Positions 33,304 to 41,431 of a DNA stretch of 64,000 nucleotides are shown here, in pieces. The position numbers and the translations under genes are program-made. Origin of the DNA: Albidovulum sp. (GTDB taxonomy: Bacteria > Pseudomonadota > Alphaproteobacteria > Rhodobacterales > Rhodobacteraceae); the NCBI GenBank assembly GCA_026989275.1, contig JALSJQ010000019.1, positions 9,194 through 73,193 of the forward strand. The letters run 5' to 3'. How positions within the stretch are numbered: the stretch's first letter is position 1; each line of letters begins with the position of its first letter. A model generated the notes under the pieces. That model saw only the letters and a list, made by a program, of their open reading frames with translations, was not told the origin of the DNA and did not search any database.

Positions 33304-34232
33304 AGAGCGGCCCTCTCCTTCCGTGGCTCGGCCACTCCTCCTTGTGGCACCCGTTTCGACGGGACCTCTTCCCACGGCATCCTCTGCCTTCCCAGGGTCG
33401 CCCCGGTCGGGCAGCCGCACGGGGCTCGCTTCGTCGTCTCGAGATCGGCAGCACCGGATCGGGCCGTGCACGGCGAGGGGGCGGACTTCCTGCTTCGTTG
33501 ACGGGATTGCGGCCGAGTGGCCGGATACGGCGGTTCTCTCCGGTCGTTCCCGCCTTCTCGGGCGAAGCCGCGGTTCGCCGTGGCGCCCGGATGGTCGGCG
33601 TCCGCAACAGGCAGATCTTTCCCGGCGGAAGCACGAACAAGGCTGCGGTTCTCTCGGAGTGCGTGGCGGGCGATGGGCGGTGCCGGGCGCCTCCTGCCCG
33701 CCGATTCGTCGGGACGGGCGTGGCAGAGGCGGCCGCGCATCGGTCGTTCCGGGCCATGTCGTGGCGTCGGCAATGCAGGCGGCAGCGGAGATGCGGTCCG
33801 AGAACGTTCCTCCTGCCGGCGGGATCGATCGGAATGAAAATGCACGGTAGCCATCCTGCACGGGTTGCCGTCTCATCGCGGGATGCCGTCTCGTGCACGG
33901 ACCGCCGCCTTGGGTGAGGATGCCCCTTGCAGAGGTGGTGTCTCGCATGAGGATTGCCGCATTGCGCAAAGGGCGCTGCCTCACGTCGGGATTGACGTCC
34001 TGGGCATGAGGCTGGCCGCACGATGGACAGGGGCGGCAACCCGGTTCGGTTCGTCTTCGTGGATGATCCACCCGAAGCCGGATGATGGTCCCCGCGGTGG
34101 CCTTTCCTCCTTGCGCATGGGGGCTGCCGTTCCGGGGCGTCCGGCAGCCGGGAGGGAGCAGGCGGCCGGCCCCGCCGGTGAATGTCCCCGGCCGTTCGCG
34201 CCCTCCACACGCCCGCCAATTTCGCAAGCCGG

Positions 34233-34955
34233 TCAGGAAAGCGGAAGAAGGCGCCCCTGGCGCAGCTCGAGCCGACGGTCCATCCGCGCGGCCAGGACAT
34301 GGTTGTGCGTGGCGACGAGCGCGGCCACGCCCTCGGCGTGAACGAGCGACATCAACATGGTGAAGACATGCTCGGCCGTATCCGGATCGAGATTGCCGGT
34401 CGGCTCGTCGGCAAGCAGGATGCGTGGCCGGTTGGCAAGCGCGCGGGCGATGGCCACACGTTGCTGCTCGCCGCCCGACAGTTCGGCGGGGCGGTGACGC
34501 GCCCGGTGATCGACCTCTACCATGGCAAGAAGCGCCAGCGCCCGCTGCCGGGCGGCCGCGCGGCCGGCCCCGGCCGCCAGCTGGGGGATCATCACGTTCT
34601 CGAGCGCGGAAAATTCCGGCAGCAGATGGTGAAACTGATAGACGAAGCCGATCCTGTCGCGCCGGGCGAGGGTGCGGGCCCGGTCGGCAGCCCGGCTCAG
34701 GTCGCGACCGTCGATCTCGACCCGCCCGGCATCCGGCGTGTCCAGAAGGCCGGCGATGTGAAGCAGGGTCGATTTGCCGGCCCCCGAAGGCGCGATCAGC
34801 CCGACGGCTTCGCCGGGGCGAAGTTCGAGCGAGACGTCTGCAAGAACGCGCACTTCCGCCGGCGTGCCGAGGTTGTAGGTTCGGGCGATATGCGAGAGGC
34901 GCAGCAGGGGGGGCGCACCGGTTCCGGTCCGCGGGGAGGGCGGCAGATCACTCAT
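34233..34955 (-). CDS. lolD: lipoprotein-releasing ABC transporter ATP-binding protein
   Basis: Walker [10 protein letters not shown], signature [15 protein letters not shown], Walker [13 protein letters not shown]. Overlaps the upstream permease gene by 8 nt. Confidence 0.9.
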   Translation of the reverse strand: MSDLPPSPRTGTGAPPLLRLSHIARTYNLGTPAEVRVLADVSLELRPGEAVGLIAPSGAGKSTLLHIAGLLDTPDAGRVEIDGRDLSRAADRARTLARRDRIGFVYQFHHLLPEFSALENVMIPQLAAGAGRAAARQRALALLAMVEVDHRARHRPAELSGGEQQRVAIARALANRPRILLADEPTGNLDPDTAEHVFTMLMSLVHAEGVAALVATHNHVLAARMDRRLELRQGRLLPLS

Positions 34956-36228
34956 AACGCAGCGCCTCCACCGGATCGAGCCGCGCCGCCCGGCGCGCGG
35001 GCAGAAGGGTGATCCCCCAGGAAAGGCCCAGGGAAAGCGCGGCGGCGGCAAGGAGATCGGCCCATTCTAGCCGGGCCGGCAGGCGCGACAGGTAACGCAC
35101 TTCCGGGTCCCACACCCCGCCCCCGGCCAGCTGGTTGACGAAGCTGAAGATGGGGTCGATGTAGATGGCGAAGAGTGCGCCCAGAGCCAGGCCGATCAGC
35201 GTGCCGGTGGTGCCGATCGAGGCGCCGACCAGGAAGAAGATCCGCAGGATGCCGCCTTCGGTGAAGCCGACCGTGCGCAGGATGCCGATGTCGCGCCCCT
35301 TGTTGCGCACGAGCATCACCAGCCCCGAGACGATGTTCATCGCCGCGATCAGCACGAGGATCGACAGCAGCACGAACATCACGTTGTCCTCCATGTCGAG
35401 CGCCCGGAGGAAGGCGCCGGAGCTGTCTTTCCAGCTCCAGACGAGGGCGTCGGGCCCTGCGGCCGCGCGCAGCGCCGGCAGGATGCGTTCGACCTTCTCC
35501 GGCTCGCGAACCCGCACCTCGATCTCGTCGGCGCCGCGCCTGCCGAGAAGCCGCGCCGCCGCCTCGAAGGGAAGATAGACCCGCGTGTTGTCGATGTCGT
35601 AACGGCCGACGGTGAAGATGTAGCTCACCTTGAAGCTGCGCAAGCGCGGCGTCACTCCGAACGGGGTCTTCGCTCCTTCGGGCACGAGAAGGCGCACGGT
35701 GTCGCCGACGCCCACCCCGAGGCGGGAGGCCAGACCGCTGCCGATGGCGATGCCGGGGTCGAAATCGGCCAGGCGGCCCAGAGCGGCCTCGGGCCGGGCG
35801 ATGAGCGGCAGGGCCGCCAGGTCCTTGCGGCCGATCCCCGTGAGATCGGCGCCGAGAGCACGCCCGCGGGCCGAGATCATGCCCTGGCCGCGGACGACCG
35901 GTGCGACATGCGTCACCTGCGGCACCTCGCGCAGCCGCGCTGCCCAGGCCTCGGGGTCGGCAATGGCACGGGTGGTGGTGCCGGCGGGGGTGACGCGCAG
36001 GCGGGAATAGACGGTGACATGGGGGTTGGCGCCGAGAATGGTGGCCACGAACTCGTGGCGAAAGCCGGAGCGGACGGCGAAGGTCGCGACCAGCGCGAAC
36101 ACGGCAAGGGCGATGCCGACGAGCGAGATGAGCGTCATCACGCTGACGCCGCCCTCGCGCCGGCGGGCGCGCAGATAGCGCCAGGCGATCAGCCATTCGT
36201 GAGCGGCGAAGGGGAAGCGACTGGTCAA
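34948..36228 (-). CDS. lolE: lipoprotein-releasing ABC transporter permease (LolC/E family)
   Basis: [37 protein letters not shown] plus an FtsX-type C-terminus. Proposed TTG start at 36228 with a GGGAG SD 8 nt upstream, giving 426 aa. The track ORF extends to 36471, but that extension is R/P-rich. Confidence 0.88.
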   Translation of the reverse strand: MTSRFPFAAHEWLIAWRYLRARRREGGVSVMTLISLVGIALAVFALVATFAVRSGFRHEFVATILGANPHVTVYSRLRVTPAGTTTRAIADPEAWAARLREVPQVTHVAPVVRGQGMISARGRALGADLTGIGRKDLAALPLIARPEAALGRLADFDPGIAIGSGLASRLGVGVGDTVRLLVPEGAKTPFGVTPRLRSFKVSYIFTVGRYDIDNTRVYLPFEAAARLLGRRGADEIEVRVREPEKVERILPALRAAAGPDALVWSWKDSSGAFLRALDMEDNVMFVLLSILVLIAAMNIVSGLVMLVRNKGRDIGILRTVGFTEGGILRIFFLVGASIGTTGTLIGLALGALFAIYIDPIFSFVNQLAGGGVWDPEVRYLSRLPARLEWADLLAAAALSLGLSWGITLLPARRAARLDPVEALRYE

Positions 36229-36294
36229 GGGCGAACTCCCTGAATGCGCCGCGAAGGTGGCGCGCGGGGGCGGGCAGGTCAAGAGGGGGCGCAA

Positions 36295-36310
36295 GGATGT
36301 GATCACGATC
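36295..36310. promoter_or_regulatory. single GTGATCAC(GA) site upstream of lolE
   Basis: GGATGTGATCACGATC with core 36299-36306, about 70 bp upstream of the proposed lolE start. Confidence 0.3.
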
Positions 36311-36597
36311 CCGGAGGCGGGCGATCGTCCTGCTCTTTCCGGCCGCAGGCGCCCGGCGTGTTCCGGGGAAGCCGGGCCCGTCCGGGGAAGGGCGGTTGCG
36401 TGCTGCGGTGAGGCTCCCGTCATGCGCGTTCCCTCCTCGCGCCCGTTCCGATGCGGCACCCGTTCTCGCATCGCGCTGGCGCCCAGATGGCTGGCGCCGC
36501 GTCACGCCCGGAGCCGGGGCGGTGCGGAGCCATGCCCGGGGCGCCCACGGATCGGGGACATCGGGGTTCGGTTCTTGCGGGGACGGATGGGCGGCGC

Positions 36598-38478
36598 TCA
36601 GCCGCCGTATTCGGCCTTCGCCCCGTCGATGAAGGTGCGCAATTCATGCAGCTGCGTCAGCAACGCCTCGCCCGACCGGCGCATGGCGGCGGTGTCCTGC
36701 CGGTGGGCGGCGGCATTGAGTTCCCGCGAGCAGGCCTGGAGCGACCGCGCCCCCACCGCGCCCGCGAGGGACATGAGGATATGGGTCTGCTCCCGCACCG
36801 CGCGCGGGTCGGCGGCAGCCACGGCCGCCTCGAGCGCCTCGTGAGAGCCGGCGAGATCTTCCGCGAGCTTGTCGAGCAGGACCGGGATCGTCTCCGTCCC
36901 GACCGACCGGAGCAGCATCTCGAACGTTCCGCGATCGACCGGCCCGGCCCCGGCCGGGGCCGAAGGCGCGTCCCCGTCGCTTTCCGCAGGCATGCCGGTG
37001 TCCCTGCGCGGGGCGGCGGTGGTGGCGCTCTTGTCCGCGCGTGCTTCGCCCGCTCCTGACACGCGCGTGCCGGCTTCGGAAGCAGGGAGGCTCGGGGCCG
37101 GCATGTTCGCGGGCGCCGGCCCTGCGGCCGGAGCTGCGCCGGGGGACGACCCGGACGGGGATGCGGCATGGGGCGGCGCCGGGAGGGGCGCGCGGGCGCC
37201 GCCGTCTCCTGCAGACGGGGCATGGGGGCTCTTGTCGCCGGCCCGCGGCAGGGCGCTTCCGCCGTTCGTCCCGGCCGCCCTCGCCGGCCCCCTCGCGCTT
37301 CGCCGGCGCCCGGCGAGATGGCGCTCGATGGCCGTGGCGAACTCCGCGATGGATGTCAGGGGCTTGGCGATGATCCCGTCGGCACCCGCCTTCAGGATGC
37401 GCTCCCGGTGCTCCGGCATGACATAGGCGGTGAAGGCGATGAGCGGCATCTTCGCCGCCGGCCCCGTCATCTGGCGGATCGTGCGGATGAGTTCGAGCCC
37501 CGACATGCGCGGCATCTCGATGTCGAGAAGGGCGAAATCGAAACCTTGCCGCCGCACGAGCTCGAGCGCCTCGATCCCGTCCGCGGCGAGGGAGGGGACG
37601 GCGCCGAGCGTTTCCAGCATCTGGGTGACGACGATCTGGTTGGTGGCGTTGTCTTCGGCGACCAGCACCTCGAGACCGCTCAGATCCGGCAGCGCCGTGA
37701 AGGCGGCGCGCCGCCCTTCGGTGGTGTTTTCCCGGGGCCGGTCGAGCGGCAGGGTTAGTCTGGCGACGACACCGCCTTCGGGCCGGTTCTCGACCGCGAC
37801 CGTGCCGCCGATCTGCCGGGCGAGCTCGTGCGCGATGAACAGCCCGAGCCCTTCGCCGGGCCTGGGGCTGTCTGCCGGCCGGCCGCGGTATGCGAACAGC
37901 AGTTTCCGGGCCTCGGGGCTGAGACCGGGGCCGTTGTCGGCGACGGTGAAACGGAGATGGCGCCCCTCCGCCCGCTCGACGCCGAGGACGATCTCGCCCC
38001 GGCCGGCATGCTTGATGGCGTTGGAGAGAAAATTGCCGAGGATCCGGTCGAGGGCTTCCCGGTCGCAATGGATGACGGGCGGCAGGTCGCCTCCGCGCTC
38101 GAGGCGGAAGCCCAGTCCCTTCTCGCTCGCCCGGCCCTGCCACCGTGCGGCGATTTCCCGAAGGAACTGGTCGAGATTCGTCCCTGCCGCCGGGCGTTCC
38201 CCCTCCCGCCTTCCGACGCCGTGAATGCCGAGGCAGCTGTCCACCAGCGGAACGAGGCTCTTCGCGGCCGCCCGCGCCCTTTGCAGCTGCAGCCGTTCGG
38301 CGGGAGGGAGGAGCTGGTCGTCGATCAGACCGAGCCCCCCGAGAATGTCGGCAAGGGCGCTGCGCAGATCGTGGGAAAGCAGCGAGAGCTCGTCGGCAAA
38401 GGGAGGGGAGACATCCCCGGCTCCCCCGGCCGCTGAAGCGGACGATCCTGCCCGGTCATGCGCCTTGCTCATGGGCAT
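36598..38478 (-). CDS. soluble hybrid sensor histidine kinase / response regulator with C-terminal Hpt domain
   Basis: H-box LSHDLRSALADILG; G-boxes DNGPGL and GEGLGL; REC domain VLVAEDNATNQ..ALLDIEMPRMSG..IAKP; Hpt-like EQTHILMSLAGAVGA. No TM segment or sensor domain at the N-terminus. Confidence 0.85.
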   Translation of the reverse strand: MPMSKAHDRAGSSASAAGGAGDVSPPFADELSLLSHDLRSALADILGGLGLIDDQLLPPAERLQLQRARAAAKSLVPLVDSCLGIHGVGRREGERPAAGTNLDQFLREIAARWQGRASEKGLGFRLERGGDLPPVIHCDREALDRILGNFLSNAIKHAGRGEIVLGVERAEGRHLRFTVADNGPGLSPEARKLLFAYRGRPADSPRPGEGLGLFIAHELARQIGGTVAVENRPEGGVVARLTLPLDRPRENTTEGRRAAFTALPDLSGLEVLVAEDNATNQIVVTQMLETLGAVPSLAADGIEALELVRRQGFDFALLDIEMPRMSGLELIRTIRQMTGPAAKMPLIAFTAYVMPEHRERILKAGADGIIAKPLTSIAEFATAIERHLAGRRRSARGPARAAGTNGGSALPRAGDKSPHAPSAGDGGARAPLPAPPHAASPSGSSPGAAPAAGPAPANMPAPSLPASEAGTRVSGAGEARADKSATTAAPRRDTGMPAESDGDAPSAPAGAGPVDRGTFEMLLRSVGTETIPVLLDKLAEDLAGSHEALEAAVAAADPRAVREQTHILMSLAGAVGARSLQACSRELNAAAHRQDTAAMRRSGEALLTQLHELRTFIDGAKAEYGG

Positions 38479-38822
38479 CTTCCTTCCGACATGCGCTGGC
38501 CCCGTTCTCCGGTGGCCTTTCCTGAAACGGTGGGCGGCCTTCTCGGGGCCCGGCCGTTGCGAGCGTTCTCTCTCCTGTCCGCGGGGCCGGTCCGACCGGC
38601 GGCCCGTCCGCCCGATGCGGGGCCGGACCGGCCCGGACGGCTTGCGCCCCGATGCACCGCCCCTGCGGGTTTCGTCCGTGCCGCCGCCTTGTCCACCGGC
38701 TCGTTTGCGGCTTGCCGGCCCGCAGGGCCCGGACGGGTCGATGGTGACACGAGGCGATGCGGCATTTCAGCCCTGAATTGACATCGATTCGGGGCAACAA
38801 TCCTCGGCGCATTTCCTTCGTG

Positions 38823-40634
38823 TCAGACGGGAGCATCGATGCGTTGCCGGCGGGCGGCCGATGCGGCGCGGATCCGTTCGATGCCGACCTTGTCGGGCGG
38901 GAGTCCGAGGACGAGATCCACCCCGGCTGGCGGGGGCTTGTCCGTTCCGGTTCCGGGGGCGGCGAGCATGACGAGAAGAGCCGCCGGGCAGCGGGCGCCG
39001 AGCGCCCGGCCGGCTTCGAGAAGCGCGGGGATTCCCGCTTCGACGAAGATGACATCGGGGCAATCCTCGTTCCCCTCGAGGATGGTGAAACCGTGCTGGC
39101 GGAGCGCTTCGGCCAGAACCGTCGCGAAGAAACCCGTCCGGCAGAGGAGGGCGGCGCGCGAGTGGTGCCTTGCCGTCACGGAAGCGGGGGTGGCATCGGC
39201 CGGTTCCATCGTCTCGTGCGCAGGGGGTGACGGGGCGGAGGCCGGCGCCGCGGCGCCCGGCGGGCCCGTGGCGGAGCTGCCGGAGCAGGGCGCGACCGGC
39301 AGGGTGATCTCGATGATGTTGCGCGGCCCTTCCCGGCGGTAGCGGCTTCGCCCTCCGAGATGGCGGATCAGGGTGCGGGCGATGGCCGGGTCGAGCGCGT
39401 CGGAAGCGAAGCGCTCTTCGGCGGCGGGAGGGGGGCGATGGTCCTGCTCCTCGAAAATGTAGTCCGGGCGCCAATCGCCCTTTTCGCCCGCATAGACGAA
39501 GCTGACCACCCCTTCGAGACCGTCTTCGCTCCAGCCGAGATCGAGCCGGAGGTCGCGCGTGCCGGCCGTCTCGTCGAGATAGCTGAGGATATGGGTGAAG
39601 ATCTGGCGGATCCGGGCTTCGTCTCCGCAAAGGCGGGAAGGCATGTCGGCGGCGACGCGGATCGTCAGTCGGCGATCGTCGCGGGCAAGCCGTCCTTCGG
39701 CATCGAAGAGGGCGGCCAGCGCCTCGGCCAGGGCGTGGGGCGAGAAGGGGTGATGATGCCTTTCGAGCCGGTCCTCCTGCAGGGCCGAGAAGTCGAGAAT
39801 GTCGGCAAGAAGGTTGCCCATCTGCCGTGCCGAGGCTTCGGCCCGCTCGAGAAGGCGCCGGCTGGCGGCGGGCAGGGCGGTCTTGTCCACCAAGGCGAGA
39901 AGGCCGAGCACGCCGTTCATCGGGGTGCGGAGCTCGTGGCTCATCATGGTCAGGAACCGCGACTTGGCGGCCGAGGCGGCCTCGGCCTCGGCCCGCAGGC
40001 GCGCATTGAGCTCGGCGAGGCGGCGCATGCGGTTCGATTCGCGCCAGAACAGGACCAGCGTGATGGCCGCGGCGATGCCGATCACGAGGTTGAGGATGGT
40101 GTTGATCCGGGCCGATCGCAGGAGCCTCTCGCGCAGGGCCGACATGTGGGTCTCCTCGCCATGGAGCACATCGCGCGAGAGGGCCCGCAACCGCGCCTCG
40201 AAAGGCGCGAACGCCGCCAGCACTCGCCGCGCCGTCGCGCTGTCGTTCGGAGCGAGGGAGAGGATCTCCGCCTCGTGGGCCCGGAGCGTCTCGAAGAGCC
40301 CGCCGATCACCCGCTCCTCGGGGTCGTAGTGGCGCATTCGCCGTCCTACATCGCCGTGGCGCAGGAGATCCGTTCGCGACCAGAGGATGTCGAACCGCTT
40401 GTTGACCGTTCGCGGCGTGGTGCCGTTGCCGGCGATGAAGTCGGCGAGGGCCTTCTCGAAGCGCAGGAGCTCGACCTCGAGCCGCTGTGCCGACCAGAGG
40501 AGGTTTTCCTTCGCCGATGCCCTAAGCTCGGCGATGCTGCGCTCGACCAGCACCATGCCCAGGGTCGAGGCCAGAAGGGCGACGAGAAGGATCCCGACGC
40601 CCAGCCAGCGCAATATGGCGCCTTGCCGCTTCAC
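38823..40634 (-). CDS. membrane sensor histidine kinase with degenerate catalytic and receiver-like regions
   Basis: N-terminal TM helix (LRWLGVGILLVALLAS), a second TM helix, and H-box SRFLTMMSHELRTPMNGV. The region where the N and G boxes should be lacks DxGxG and GxGLG. The C-terminus is receiver-like but lacks the acidic pocket (DVIFVEAG). Confidence 0.75.
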   Translation of the reverse strand: MKRQGAILRWLGVGILLVALLASTLGMVLVERSIAELRASAKENLLWSAQRLEVELLRFEKALADFIAGNGTTPRTVNKRFDILWSRTDLLRHGDVGRRMRHYDPEERVIGGLFETLRAHEAEILSLAPNDSATARRVLAAFAPFEARLRALSRDVLHGEETHMSALRERLLRSARINTILNLVIGIAAAITLVLFWRESNRMRRLAELNARLRAEAEAASAAKSRFLTMMSHELRTPMNGVLGLLALVDKTALPAASRRLLERAEASARQMGNLLADILDFSALQEDRLERHHHPFSPHALAEALAALFDAEGRLARDDRRLTIRVAADMPSRLCGDEARIRQIFTHILSYLDETAGTRDLRLDLGWSEDGLEGVVSFVYAGEKGDWRPDYIFEEQDHRPPPAAEERFASDALDPAIARTLIRHLGGRSRYRREGPRNIIEITLPVAPCSGSSATGPPGAAAPASAPSPPAHETMEPADATPASVTARHHSRAALLCRTGFFATVLAEALRQHGFTILEGNEDCPDVIFVEAGIPALLEAGRALGARCPAALLVMLAAPGTGTDKPPPAGVDLVLGLPPDKVGIERIRAASAARRQRIDAPV

Positions 40635-41152
40635 CTGTTCTCGATGCGCGCCAGTTGCCAGATCAGCCGGCTGTTGAAGACCGGATCCTGCAGTTCGGGG
40701 AAGTCATCCATCGGATAGATCATCCAGATCGGCCCCTTGGTGCGGCGCGACAACCATCTGCCATCGGCCTTGAGAGCGAGGATGGGGTCGTATTTCGCGA
40801 GTTCCTCGCTCGGTATCTGCACCTTGTAGTCGTCGATGGCGACGAAGGTCATCCGCTTGCCGGGCCGGATCCCGGCATCCTTGAGCACGTCCCGCACCCG
40901 TGGCCCCTCGAAGGCGACCTTGCCTTCGACGAATTCGTTGCCGGTGACGATCCTGTGCTGGGGAAGGGCGGCGAGCTCGTCGAGGGTATAGCTCCTGACG
41001 ACATTGCCGTTGGCATCGACGATGACGAGATCGGCCTCTTCCCGGGCCGGGGCCGCCGCGGCAAGAGGCAGGATCAGGAGGGCGAAGGCGACCCCGAGAA
41101 GGCGCAGAAGGGAGGCGAGGGGCCGTTTCGGGAACGGGACAGGCATCTTCAT
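40631..41152 (-). CDS. periplasmic molybdopterin-oxidoreductase-fold (YedY/SorA-like domain) small protein
   Basis: Signal peptide LLRLLGVAFALLILPLAAAA. The body FEGPRVRDVLKDAG..FVAIDDYKVQIP..ILALKADGRWL..KGPIWMIYP resembles small 'oxidoreductase molybdopterin-binding' domain proteins. ATGA overlap with the downstream kinase. The start could instead be the ATG at 41146. Confidence 0.6.
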   Translation of the reverse strand: MKMPVPFPKRPLASLLRLLGVAFALLILPLAAAAPAREEADLVIVDANGNVVRSYTLDELAALPQHRIVTGNEFVEGKVAFEGPRVRDVLKDAGIRPGKRMTFVAIDDYKVQIPSEELAKYDPILALKADGRWLSRRTKGPIWMIYPMDDFPELQDPVFNSRLIWQLARIENR

Positions 41153-41237
41153 CTCCTCTGTTGCAGGCGGGGATGGAACCCGCGCGCGATCTTCCGGAGA
41201 TCCGCAGGCGGCTGCGAATCGATTCCCTCGTATTGTG

Positions 41238-41272
41238 GCGTGCAAAGGTAACCGGAAGGTTACCGCGCACGC
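41238..41272. terminator. long interrupted hairpin with GGAA tetraloop, 3' of rne
   Basis: GCGTGC-AAA-GGTAACC-GGAA-GGTTACC-GC-GCACGC. The T-rich tract TTCTCTTCTT follows on the plus strand only. Confidence 0.45.
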
Positions 41273-41431
41273 TTCTCTTCTTGCCGGCAGAATGCCTTTC
41301 GAATCAATGTTTCATGCAACGCCCCCCCCGGCAAGGTCATGGAGCCATGACTTCGCCGGAAAGACCGGATGATTCGCAAGGGGGCGGAGGAACAGCCGCG
41401 GGAGAGGCGAAGGGGCGGCCGGCAGGGGCGC

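Noticed and set aside
33342-34341. Track ORFs 33342..33917(+), 33865..34341(+), 33248..34300(-) and others as possible genes in the 930-bp gap.
   Set aside because: The composition is junk-like and there are no motifs or convincing SD sequences. The region is treated as ORF-free or a gene remnant.
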